Shown in pieces: positions 25,501 through 36,760 of a stretch of 64,000 nt of DNA. The translations under genes were made by a program, and so were the position numbers. The notes beneath the pieces were generated by a model. The model made no database searches, was not told where the DNA came from, and saw nothing but the letters and a program-made list of their open reading frames with translations. Every line of letters begins with the position of its first letter. The first letter of the stretch is position 1. Origin of the DNA: Mobula hypostoma (taxonomy: Eukaryota); NCBI RefSeq assembly GCF_963921235.1, contig NC_086097.1, positions 59,398,001 to 59,462,000 on the forward strand, given 5' to 3'.

Positions 25501-26651
25501 GTTCTCAGGGTGTGGGTGTTGCTAGCACGATTGGATTTATTGATTCGCGTTAACCAGATAACTTGGTGAGGTCATCTGCCGAATCTGCGTCATTTTTTTT
25601 TATTGATGGTGTGCTCAGGGTTCATTCTAGCATCAAGTCAGCAACAGCGATAAACTCTGTTAAATATTCATCCTCAGATGGAGCATGTCATGGATGCTAT
25701 TCTCATTTTTGGAAGTAAGGAGGACCTAATAAAGAAACGCTTGTGATTTAGTACAGTCTCCGTGATTAGATAACTCAGCGTAAGGGAGGAATTTTGGGAA
25801 AAGGGAGTTGAAGATTAAATAACTCTTATTTCTGAATTGCTACGCTTAGTCATCATAATCCTATGCATTTCTCAGTATTTCAATGCAGACTAAGAGGATA
25901 CTGTTCTCTACATGCATGCAAAGTAAGAAAAGTAGCTGTAATAGGAAGTTGCAATCAATCAAATGGTTGCACTCATTGACAACCGACCTGGGTTATTAAC
26001 GACCAAACACTATTAAAGCCATATTCCCCGGAGATAAGGGATAAAGTATGGGCAAGATGGCACCGATGGATGCCGGCAATATTCTGTGGGTTACGTACAA
26101 TACTTCTAAATGTACAATACATCTTTTGATTTACTCTCACTGAGATCTGAAGCATGTAATTTCCCTTTAAACAATGAATTTTAAATCAACTTAATGGACT
26201 ATAGATTTCATGATTTTCTTAACTCTTGATTTAACTCTCAAGCAAGCAGGTATGGCATTTTCACTGCCATGGCCGGAAGTAAGGCGGGGGGGTGGGTTGT
26301 CCCAGCCAGGCAGAAACACAGAGGAAGGAGAGCCCTTGACCTAACATCCTGTTAGCAAATGTGCAGTTGCTGGTGAACAACTGCATCGGAAGGAAACGAG
26401 TTACTCTCAACACGCCAGATATGGCGATCAGACCCAAATGCTTCTTGATTCACAGGATGGACTGAAGTGTGATTTGGAAAAGGCAGAATGTGGAGGTATG
26501 TGCTTCATGAAAAGCTCTTGGTGGTGCTCCGATGCGAAAGTTTTGTTGAACTCGTGTTACCCTGACATTGAACACCTAATGATAAAATGCCATCTGTTCT
26601 ACTTACCAAGGGAATTCTCATCCATGAAGCCCATCACTGCTTACATACCAG

Positions 26652-27358
26652 TGTAGCCCCCTGGTAAGCCTCAGGCTCGCTCAGCTCACTTTCGTCTAGG
26701 GGGAGCAGCCTTCGGCTCTGCCAAACTGGGTAATCAAGTTTGTGTGGATGTCGTGTGATGTACCCCACACCGCCAAATAACACACCATATGCAATTAAAT
26801 GATTACACTTTATAGATCTTACTGGAACTATATAATTAATAAAGATAAAATATAAAAGGAAAATAAAAGGCGCCAAACTTATCAAAGTTCAACCACTTTG
26901 TGCACAACAGTTGGAGCTCAATTAACGAAGTCTTCTTTCCACCATTCGATCCCCTCCGACCCCCTCGACCCACCGCCTGGGACCAACCACGGTGGTCGAC
27001 CAGACGCTCCACACGAATCTGTCTTCGTCTCCTCTCTTTGCCGAAGACCATGGGCCTCGGACTCCTGCTCGGGGTCCATCCCGCCACCCAGCTTACAGCA
27101 TCGCATCCCCTCTCTCTGTCCCCATCCACCTTCTCCCTCAAAGCCCGCGAAAAACAATAGCTTACAGACACACAAGAAAGGAGAACATCTATCCCAATTG
27201 GTTCATTCACTCTCTTATCAATAATATAACCCAAACAAACTACGAAAGAGAAACATTTTCTCAGCAGTTAACATAACAAAGAAGCCATTTTATTCTAACA
27301 TAACAAAGAAGCCATTTTCATTAGCCCTAGCAGTACACAAAAGAAGAAATCCCTTACA
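26652..27358 (-). repeat. 3' LTR (707 bp)
   Basis: tgtagccccctggtaagcc...cccttaca, a direct repeat of 29954-30641. Confidence 0.95.
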
Positions 27359-27372
27359 CTCTCCGCCCACCA
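27359..27372 (-). promoter_or_regulatory. Polypurine tract
   Basis: TGGTGGGCGGAGAG on the minus strand directly before the 3' LTR. Confidence 0.8.
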
Positions 27373-27680
27373 AATTTAGTCATGTCTTCATGACTTCTAA
27401 ATAACTCGCCAACCATTCCTGCAGACACAAAAACCCAATCCAGGTACAAACAGTCACATGGCTCCCCAAACAGTAGACCTTATGCCCTGTTCCACGGGCA
27501 CTACATAGGCCAACCTATCTGGGAGTTTCCTAATCCTCTGAGACCTCCATACCTCCTCACCTAAACCCTTCAGGCTCGCACACTACTGGGGATACCTTGG
27601 GTTTGCTTGCCGACTCCTCTCTCAATCTATCACTCATGCCCCCACTGCAACTCGGAGCCCCCTGTCCCATGTCCAGGGCC

Positions 27681-28832
27681 TCACTTCTTTTCCTTCAGGG
27701 TCCTGCTGTAACCCAGGCTGTCCACAGCTAGCCCTCCCCACTGCCCTGACTCAGTGGGAGAAGGGCCAAAAGTCTCTTCCTCAGTCAAAGGGAAGTTAGC
27801 GAAAGGCAGCATGTACCACACATCCCGCACCTTATCCTTCAAATCCATATTCTTCCTCATTCCCTCGGTTGGTAGCTGCTGTTTGATTTTCTCCAAACTG
27901 AAGCACTTAGCCTGGGCTGCCTCTGCAGCCTCTTCAGCCTCCTGCAGTCGAGACGTCAGCGTCTTCTCTGACTCCTCCAGCTCTCGCCCCAGTTTCAGTG
28001 CTTCTGACTCACGCTTCGTGCCCATCCCTATCTGGGATGCAATTACATCACCAGCTTCTTCCAATCTGTTCTGGATTGATTTCTTGAGTTTCTGCTGATC
28101 CTTTTGAAGGTTGGTCATTGTTTCGTCTCTCTGGATTAATTCATCAGTAAATGAACGCAGTTTTGGCTCGGAATTACGTTTCCCTGTCTCCACTTTTTTG
28201 AGTGTGAACTCCAATTCTTCAGTGGTTGTCCAGGGCTCCGGCACTCGCCTCACATCATAGTCCCCCAAGGCGAATCCAAATCCTAGGTGATCATCCACAT
28301 ACACCAAAACTCCAAACGCCTCCACATCCCCCATGGTCTTCCTCATGCCCCACAGGAAGGTTGCAGGGGCTCTGGATATGCCCTGTGGCATCTTTTCCAA
28401 CCAGAAGAATCCTAGGGGACCTATAACGGCCATCTTCTCCTTGTCGGCCTCACTCATCAGGATCTGGCAACATCCACTCCTGAGATTCAGCACATTAAAC
28501 CACGTTGCACTATTCAGACAGGCCATTGCGTCCTCGGCCCTCAGGGCTGTATTTCGGTCAATGACAGTGCGCCTGTTCAGAGTTCTATAATCCACACACA
28601 CGCTGCCTACGTCTTCCACGGCTACAGGGTCCAGTCGCTGTGACCTCTCTCTCACTGAGGTGTCTTCAGCGGTCAACTCCCCTCCCTCGTGGCATTTCGG
28701 AGCGTCTGCTAAGAGGGTCTCACCGTCAAATACTTCCCCGAGGCCGTACCACAATAGGCTCTCGTTTAAATTCAGTACCGGCCCAAGGCTGCTACACAGG
28801 TCGACACAATCAGCTCGAAACACTGGGTGCAC
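27681..28832 (-). CDS. Chimeric ORF (383 aa): truncated Gypsy RT fused in frame to myosin heavy-chain rod fragments
   Basis: aa79-181 are RT motifs (CVDYRTLNRRT, WFNVLNLRSG, KMPQGISRAPATF, LVYVDD); aa204-323 are myosin coiled-coil (LEFTLKKVE, RLEEAGDVIASQI...KRESE, SRLQEAEEAAEAAQAKCFSLEKIKQQL). Expression is unknown. Confidence 0.75.
   Translation of the reverse strand: MHPVFRADCVDLCSSLGPVLNLNESLLWYGLGEVFDGETLLADAPKCHEGGELTAEDTSVRERSQRLDPVAVEDVGSVCVDYRTLNRRTVIDRNTALRAEDAMACLNSATWFNVLNLRSGCCQILMSEADKEKMAVIGPLGFFWLEKMPQGISRAPATFLWGMRKTMGDVEAFGVLVYVDDHLGFGFALGDYDVRRVPEPWTTTEELEFTLKKVETGKRNSEPKLRSFTDELIQRDETMTNLQKDQQKLKKSIQNRLEEAGDVIASQIGMGTKRESEALKLGRELEESEKTLTSRLQEAEEAAEAAQAKCFSLEKIKQQLPTEGMRKNMDLKDKVRDVWYMLPFANFPLTEEETFGPSPTESGQWGGLAVDSLGYSRTLKEKK
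27864..28223 (-). pseudogene. Transduced sarcomeric myosin II heavy-chain rod fragments (MYH16-like)
   Basis: Three blocks match, in native order, the myosin motifs LELTLAKVEKEK...KLTKEK, RLEEAGGATSAQIE..KKREAE..K.RR.LEE and KLA.RLQEAEEA.EA..AKC.SLEK.KQRLQ.E. Confidence 0.9.
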
Positions 28833-28859
28833 AGACTATGCCCCCATGAACTCCAATTT

Positions 28860-29090
28860 CACTGACCAATAATCGTCTTCTGGATAATCACTGGCACTGG
28901 TACCCCAAATCTCCAGTGCCCTTAAGGTTGTCAAGGGTAAATGCTTCAGAAACTAGTTGTAAAACGAACTGTACAACAATTTGACCTGCGCCCCGGTGTC
29001 GAGGATGGCTTTAGCACAGCTTCCATCTATCCGTAATGACACATCGGGGCGTGGTCCCTCTAAGCCTTCAGGAATAGGGTCTTTTTCTTT
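28860..29090 (-). pseudogene. Gypsy aspartic protease remnant
   Basis: IPEGLEGP...[18 protein letters not shown] in ORF 28953-29333, followed by a stop. Confidence 0.88.
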
Positions 29091-29179
29091 TGGAAGTTCC
29101 TTGGTACATTGCTGGGAACATGCTCCCCCAGAGACCCCAATCCGTACCCCCACTGGGCCTCTACTAAGTTTCCCAACAC

Positions 29180-29830
29180 CTCTCTGATCAGCTGAACAAC
29201 TGGGGGAGGGGCTGATCCCCTTAAATGATCCCCCTGGCACTGCAAGCAATTTAGATGCCCTCCTAGCCAGAGAAGATACACGCAAAGCTTTTCCCCAATC
29301 TCCTGACACAGGTATGGAAAGCCCCCCAGGCACTGCATTTTACTTCCAGTCGAACCAGACGCATTTTCCCCCGCGTTCAGATAACTGGCAGCTGTCACTA
29401 CGGGGTAATTGAACCTGATAGTTCTAACACTGTCAACAGCCTGCCTACTCAAACTTTCAACCAATCCCTGTCACTCTTCCTCAACCGAGCATTGTCACTC
29501 ATCTAACAACTGAGAGATCTGCTCTGCCCACATCTCGTACACCTCCGCCCCTTTAGGGGTGGACAATATCCCAAAAGCCAAGAGGAGCCTACCATAGCTG
29601 GAACATTTATTCGCAGACACTACCTCTGAATCAGACCGCTCTTTCCTCTCTCTCCTAACAGTATGGACAGCCCATGGTCCCACCTCACCTGGGGCACCAA
29701 CAGACACTGGCAGTCCCACCACCAACTCGTCAGTGCTAGTCTGAACTTGAACAAAGACCTCCGGGGTACCAACAGCCACCCCACCCAATACGCATGCAGT
29801 AATAACCAGTAATCCCACAGACACACATTA
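29180..29830 (-). pseudogene. PNMA-like gag remnant (condensed, with stops and frameshifts)
   Basis: RL..FG..TPKGAEVYEMWAEQ, LVESL..AVD.VR.IR...P..TAASYLNA, QEIGEKL..YL and PPP..QLIREV match PNMA/Gypsy capsid motifs. Confidence 0.8.
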
Positions 29831-29933
29831 CTAACTGCAATCCCACAGAGACACACATTACTAACCGCAATTCCACAGAGACACAGCAGCACTGATTTAA
29901 ACAGGGCAATCACACAGCACACCACTGAATCAA

Positions 29934-29951
29934 ATCCTGGATGAGCCCCCA
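29934..29951 (-). promoter_or_regulatory. Primer-binding site, tRNA-Pro
   Basis: TGGGGGCTCATCCAGGAT, 2 nt from the 5' LTR; 16/18 match to the tRNA-Pro PBS TGGGGGCTCGTCCGGGAT, and both differences are CpG-type G>A. Confidence 0.9.
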
Positions 29952-29953
29952 AG

Positions 29954-30641
29954 TGTAGCCCCCTGGTAAGCCTCAGGCTCGCTCAACTCGCTTTCATCCA
30001 GGGGGAGCAGCCTTCTGCCACGCCAATCTGGGTAATCAAGTTTGTGTGGATGCTGTGTGATGTACCCCACCCCGCCAAATAACAGACAATACACCATATG
30101 TGATTAAATGATTAAACTTTAGAGATCTTACTGGAACTATGTAATTAATAAAGATAAAATATAAAAGGAAAATAAAAGGCGCCAAATTTATCAAAGTTCA
30201 ACTACTTCGTGCACAACAGTTGGAGCTCAATTAATGGAGTCTTCTTTCCACCATTCGATCCCCTCTGACCCCCTTGTCCCGCCACCTGGGACCAACCACG
30301 GTGGTTGACCAGACGCTCCACACGAGTCTGTCTTCATCTCCTCTCCTTGTCGAAGTCCCTGGGCCTCGGACTCCTACTCGGGGTCCGTCCCGCCACCCAG
30401 CTTACAGCATCGTGTCTCCTCTCTCTGCCCCTATCCACCTTCTCCCTCAAAGCCTGTGAAAAACAATAGCTTACAGACACACAAGAAAGAAGAACATCTA
30501 TCCCAATTGGTTCAATCACTCTCTTATCAATAATATAACCCAAACAATCTGCGAAAGAGAAGCACTTTCTCAGCAGTTAACACAACAAAGAAGCCATTTT
30601 CATTAGCCTTAGCAGTAACATAAAAGAAGAAACCCCTTACA
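29954..30641 (-). repeat. 5' LTR (688 bp)
   Basis: Direct repeat of 26652-27358; I counted about 12 substitutions in the first ~128 aligned bases. Confidence 0.95.
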
Positions 30642-33600
30642 CTAGTATCAACTGATTATAATCATGCGCTTGAGATACTGCATGATGCCATGCCCAAACA
30701 AGAAACAGTCCATCCTGACACACTTCAAATCAAACCAGGAACTTCAACCAGGCTTGTTTGAAGAAATTCCTGCCCAGTTGTCATCAGCGTATAATCTGTA
30801 GCATCATAGGTTCCAACATACTAGACCACTGTTATACTAAGGTAAGGAATGCCTCCTGTACCATGGTAAATCTAATCATTTGGCTGTCCTTCTCCTACCT
30901 GCATGCAGGCAGAGGCTAAAGAGCAAATATCCGGAGTTTAGGACAAAGAGGTGTACGCAGGAGGCAGAGGAGCAGCTATGGTATTGCTTCGAGTTGGTGG
31001 ACTGGGGCATGTTCAAGGGCTCATCTGTGGATCTGAATGGTGGTCAAGGACATTATACAAACACTTGTAGACTAGTGTGACTCCATAAAATCATTCAGTC
31101 TTCCCCAACCAGAAGCTCTGAATGAACCACGCGATCCACAATCTTCTGAGGCATTCAAGTCTAGTGACTAAGAAAGTTACAAGAGGTCCAGGTATGATCT
31201 CCAAAAAGCCCTTTCATGGGCAAAGTGGCAATTCTGGATAAACTTGAATCAACAGACATGTTCAACAGTTGTGGCAGGGCTTGAATGTTATCACCTCTTA
31301 TAAAGTATAATCACGCAACATAGGTGACAGCAGGGCTTCACTTTCAGATAAGCTCAATGCCTTTTATGCTTAATTTAACTGTCAAAACATGGAGGAACCA
31401 TCACAAACTCCCACTGCCCATGATGACCCTGTGATTTCAGACTCCGAGGCTGGCGAGTAAATAGCCTTCGGGAGGCTGAACCCATAAAAAGCATTTGGCC
31501 CAGATGGGGTACTTGGCCAAGTAATAAGGTCATGCTGATCAGGTGGCTGGACTGTTCACTAAGGTCTTTAACCTCTCGCTTTCGTAGTCTGAGGTACCCA
31601 TCTGCTTCAATAAGACTTCACGTAGACCGATGCCTAAGAAGAATGTGGTAAGCTTCCTCAATTACTATTATCCAGTCGCACTTGGATGATCGCAGTAGGT
31701 GTAAGTGTTTTGCAAAGTTGGTGATGAAGCATCAACTCTTGTCTGAGAAGCGACTTGTATCTGCTCCAATTTGCCTACCTGCACAAAAGATCCACAGCAG
31801 GTGCCATCACCTTGGCTCTTCACTCAACCCTGGAACATCTGGATAGCAAAGATACATACATTAGTAATGCTTTTTATTGACAAGCATCCAATACCAGCAA
31901 CCCCTCAGAACTAAACAATAATCTTCAAGACCTGGGCTTTAATACCTCCTTGCCCAATTGGATCCTTGATTTCCTCACTTGCAAACCACAGTCAGTTTTA
32001 ATTGGCAATAATATCTCCTCCACAATCTCCATCAGCACAGGTGCACCACAAGGCTGTGTGCTTAGCCCCTGCTGTACTTGCTTTGCACTTATGACTGTAT
32101 GGCTAAGCACAGCTCCAATATCATATTCAAGTTGGCTGAAGACACCACTGTCATTGGCTGATTCAAAAGTGGTGATGAATCAACATATAGTGGGAAGATT
32201 GAAAATCCGGCTGAGTGGTGCTTCAACAAGAACATCTTACTCAATGTCAGCAAGATCAAGGATTATTGAATTCATGAGGAGAAAACCAAAGGTCCTTAAG
32301 CCAGATTTCGTCTGAAGATTAGAGGTGGAGAGGGTCAGCAACTTTATATATCTTGGTTTTATTATTTCAGAAGATCATTCTTAGGCCCAGCACTTATGTG
32401 CAACTATGAAGAAAGCATGGCAGCACCTCTGCTTACTTAGGAGCTTGCAAAGATTTGGCATGACATCTAAAACTTTGACAAATGTCTATAGATGTGTGGC
32501 ATAGAGTATATTGACTGGCTGCATCGCAGCCTGGTATGCAAACACCAATGTCCTTGAATGGAAAGTCCTACAAAATGTAGTGCATACGGCAGAGTCCATC
32601 ACAGGTAAAGCTTCCCCCACCACTGAGCACATCTACATGAAGCATTGTCGCGGGAAAGCAACATCCATCATCAGCGACTTCCGCCACCCAGATCATGTTC
32701 TCTTCTCCCTGCTACTATCAGGAAGAAGGTATAGGAGCCTCAGGCCCCATACTACCAGGTTCAGGAACAGTTATTACCCCTCAAACATCAGGCTCTTGAA
32801 CCAAAGGTGATGACTTCACTCAACTTCTCTTGCTCCATCACTGAAATGTTCTCACAATATGTGGACTGACTTTTAAGGAATCTTCCTTTAATGTTCTTGA
32901 TATTTATTGCTTATTTAATTATTATTTTTATTTCTTTCATTTTGTATTTACACAGTTTGTTACCTTTTGCACATTGACGTAATGACCAATTTGGAATGTT
33001 CTTCCATTGATTCAATTGTGAATGTAACTCCGTTTTGGATTTATTGAGCATTCCTGCAAAAAAATCAGAATCAGAATCAGAATCTCAGGGTTAAATATGG
33101 TGACATATATGTACTTTGATAATAAATTCATTTTGAACTTTGAACTTTAGACAGCCCAGGAATTTAAGATATCATTAATGAAACAACATAGAATGGAACC
33201 TTAAAATTAGGGATAGTGTCAATGAAACTACTGAATTATTGCGATAAACCTCTGGCTGTCTAATGTTCTAATCTACCCTGTGTACGCGGCTTTAGTTGCA
33301 GTTGCATAACTATTTCTATGTTAAGAAGACATTAATTCCAACAAAAGGATTAGAATAGAAGAAAGCTCCCCACAACCTTCTCAAAGGTATTTAGCAATGG
33401 GCAGCGAATTTTACCCTTACCAGTGAGCATCACATCCTGAGAATAATTAATAAGGTAGTGTTGATCTAATGTCATATGAAAAAAGATAAAGTTCATGTCA
33501 CTAAGCAACTTCAGAGTTCTCTTTCGCTTCTAGTTTATTAGATATTTGGAAGAACATAAGAATACGGTGCAACTTTTAAGCTGTATATCGTTTTAAGGCA

Positions 33601-34321
33601 AGTGCGTCATTCATTATCATTATAGATGATTCATAACTTCAACTAACCTCTCCACCTGATCCAGATATTCATGAGTTTATTTGGAATTAAAAAATCTATC
33701 CTTCCCAGTGCTGAAAATGCTCAGTTATTGAGTAGTCTGCTCAGTCTTTCCTGAATTGCAGCCCTCAGTGTAAGGGCTCTTTGTGGGGCTATCTCAAAAA
33801 TGTAATATTCTTTCTTTCCATTGTGTCCAGTACTGCACAATGCTCCAACCACCCCCACCGTAATAAAACACACTTATCATATTTCAGTTTGCTGATCATT
33901 TGGTTTAACTCAGCTTTAACTTTTAAATCTTTGTGTAAAGAAAGAGCTAATAATTTCTCACCATTTAAAATCGATTTTCTACACTTACTTCTGAAATAAA
34001 TAGCCTCATGTTTCTCTGTGCACGGTCTACTGCCTCAGTCACATAATCTGTCTATTTCCTTTTGCAGGATCATTAAGTTCACTTCACTACTTATTATCCA
34101 ACCTGTCTTTGCAGTGAGAATAATATACTCAGCTCCTTCATCTAAATTATCATTCTGAATTGTAAATAACCAAGAGCCAGGCGACCAGACTAGGAATACT
34201 TCGGGTTTGGTCCTGTCTCTAATTGGTTAATGGATGATACCCAAGCTCTGTTGATACTGGTGTGAATTTAATTTATCTCTTCAGTGTGGACCTAAACTAA
34301 AGAATCAAGAAAACTTCAGGA

Positions 34322-35024
34322 TCAAAGTATTAAAAACTTGTTTGTTATCCTTCTGTAACAGAGAAATAACTGGGCTCTATTAAAACTCCTGAATGGTGTG
34401 CAAATTCTTCCTAGACTACTCTTCACTTTCATCTTGGCAATATGTAGATCATGGGCTTGGGAGGCTACATTAGTAATAGTTTGAAGAGCTTGCACACACC
34501 AACTCCTTCTCCTCCTCCTCCAGATGCTGCTGCTAGTTGAATTGATGCTTATGTTTTCTGCATCTGAATTCAATAATGTGTCAGAAAAGGCATGCTGAGC
34601 ATGTTCAAACTGTAACAAAATAGTCTTTTCACTTCTAGATCCCACCATGTCAACTTGAAATATACAGCTTGAGTTAATGATGCCACTAAAAATTAGAAAT
34701 CAACTTCAAGTATCCGGCAAATCATAAACACAAGTGATTCCACAGATGCTGGAAATCCAGTGCAAACCACACAAAATATGATAAGGATTCAGCGTCCAGA
34801 AAGTTGTTTTTTTTTTCTCTGGCACTTTTCCTATCATCAAAGGGAAGTGAAAATGAACACTAGGTATCAAATCCTCCAGAACAGAGAAATTCCAGAAATG
34901 CAAACAAGAACCCTGCCACATTCGTTGAATTAGTTGTGCTTTCCAATTTCTCAAGAGAGCTTTATCAGGGCCCAGTTATTTTTCTGTTATGTGAAGATGA
35001 CTAACATGATTTTCGTACTTTTAG
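34322..35024. repeat. Old inverted-repeat (fold-back/MITE-like) structure
   Basis: 34322-34396 is the diverged reverse complement of ~34950-35024 (shared core gcccagttattt.tctgtta); weaker match of 34400-34450 to 34835-34865. Confidence 0.6.
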
Positions 35025-35139
35025 CCTGCAATCTTCACATCAAAAATATAAAGAAAAGTGAAATTCCATTTATTTATCTATTTATGTATCAAATTTATTT
35101 ATATGTTTATTCATTTATTTGTTTTGTTTGTTTATTTAT

Positions 35140-35420
35140 TTAGAGATTCAGTGCAGAACAGGCCTTTTCAACCTAACAGGCTACTTTACCCAGCAACCCA
35201 CCAATTTAACCCTAACCTTATCAAAGTACAAGTTACAATGACTAATTAAGCTATTAACTGGTACGTCTATGGACTGTAGGAGGAAACCAGAGCACTTGGA
35301 AGAAACCCATGTGTTCATGGGAAAGATATGCAAACTCCTTACAGGGGACACCAGAATTGAACTCTTATCTCCGACGCCCCAAGCTGTTATAGTGTTGCGC
35401 TAACCACTATACTACCATGA
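35140..35420 (-). mobile_element. V-SINE (HE1-like)
   Basis: ggactgtaggaggaaaccagagcacttggaagaaaccca...tgcaaactccttacag is the reverse complement of the V-domain; tRNA head at ~35350-35420. Confidence 0.8.
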
Positions 35421-35759
35421 AATGATGCTGTAATATCTTGTAAAACTACCTTAGCATATCTGGATAAATACATGGTGATCTCTTCAAGCATGATGTCTCT
35501 CAATCTTGCACATAAAAAGCTACTTTAATTAATTTTCCAGTACCTGCCTGCTATCAGCAAAGTCAGCATGCACTGTTCATTTTAAATTTCCTTTGTGAAG
35601 GTAATAAGAATGCCTTCGGAAAACACTAGTCATTTCAGTCATGGTGTTACCTCAGTATGGCTTGACAGAGAATATCAAGATTTAGACCAAGTGATAGGTC
35701 TGACTGTTTCTGAGTGGCCTGTCTGATGTTCACATTCATTTACATTTTGGTGAGCTTGA

Positions 35760-35990
35760 TATAACATAAAGGTGATTCCAGATACAGATACCGATTTTCC
35801 ACTCTGAAGGCCATTAATAACACAGACAATTCAGCAGATTCACGGTCATCATCACTAGGACTAAAGTTTATTTTTTTACACATTTCTGGATTATTTAATT
35901 AGCTGAATTAAAATTCAGCAGCTGTCGTCATGGGATTTGAATTAATTTCCCTGCAATGTTAATACAAGCTGCTCGAATGCTAGTCCATTA
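35760..35990 (-). mobile_element. Old tRNA-derived SINE
   Basis: tgaattaaaattcagcagctgtcgtcatgggatttgaa...ctagtcca is the reverse of a tRNA-like head; related to 5445-5635. Confidence 0.5.
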
Positions 35991-36039
35991 ATTTAACTGC
36001 TGCCCCTGCAGTACATAATTTCTGTGATGGGTAAAGTGA

Positions 36040-36760
36040 CACTGGTAAGGTTGTGCTGCAGCCAATGGAGTTTAATCCAGTTGAGTGTAAAGGGTCTTAC
36101 ATTTTGGCAGTATTCAGGAGATAAGGCAGTGTGGCATGAATGGTAGAGTCTAGAGAGTATTGAGGAAATGTGTAATCTTTGTGTATAAGGTGGAGCATAG
36201 ATAAAGAAACTAGTTAAAAAAGCATATAGGATACTGGCCTTCTTTAGTTGGGGCACTGAAGACAAGAGCAGGGAAGTTACTCTCTAACTTTAGTAAAACT
36301 TCAGCTGAAGTACTTCATGCAATTCTCATCACAGCATCAAAGAAAAGAGATGATTTTGCAGGAGATAGTGCAGAGGAGTTTCATTAAGATGTTGGTTTTC
36401 AATTATGAAGATTAACTGGAGAGATTAGGCCAGATTTCCCTGGAAGAATTAAGAGGGCATGTGATTGGCGTTTCTAGATTACGAGATATATAGTAGTTAG
36501 AGAAACTGCGGGAAACATTTTCCCCATTTCAGATGCAGATAAAACTAGCAGAGGGGATATGAATTTAGATAAATAGATCTGAGGGGAAAAAATCCATGCC
36601 AATTTGTGGTGAGTGCCTGGAATCCAATGCCTGAGAGAGTGGTGGAAGTGTCAGGAAGAGCATTTGAAGTCTATGGGCCAATTGCTAGATGCATAGTGGT
36701 CATTAAGGAATGGTAGGCAAAACAACTTGCCTCCTTGCTATATGACTCTATGATCTTATG
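36040..36760 (+). mobile_element. CR1 LINE 3' fragment, highly decayed
   Basis: gtggtgagtgcctggaatccaatgcctgagagagtggtggaag and a (tatgactc)n tail. Confidence 0.7.

Larger units (their letters stand above)
26652..30641 (-). mobile_element. Non-autonomous Ty3/Gypsy LTR retrotransposon (PNMA-like gag) carrying captured myosin heavy-chain fragments
   Basis: Two LTRs with TG...CA ends, PBS, PPT, gag-PR-partial RT on the minus strand; imperfect 4-bp TSD ccag (26648-26651) / ctag (30642-30645). Confidence 0.93.
26260..33150 (+). mobile_element. Near full-length Rex1/Babar LINE, split by the Gypsy insertion at 26652-30641
   Basis: Endonuclease region GGMCFM...WCSD...FYLPREFSS...TAYIP stops at the LTR and resumes at 30642; [14 protein letters not shown] (31950-32315); C-terminus TGCIAAWY...TTRFRNSYYP; tail at ~33150. 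Confidence 0.9.

Noticed and set aside
25978..26130. CpG-containing open frame (WVINDQTLLKPYSPEIRDKVW...)
   Set aside because: Short, unrecognised, and without supported splice sites
26836..27276. Several overlapping ORFs
   Set aside because: They lie within the LTR and are only partly preserved in the other LTR copy
27864..28223. Exons of a resident host myosin gene
   Set aside because: The segments are contiguous without introns, lie between LTRs, are fused to RT, and no other myosin exons occur in the window
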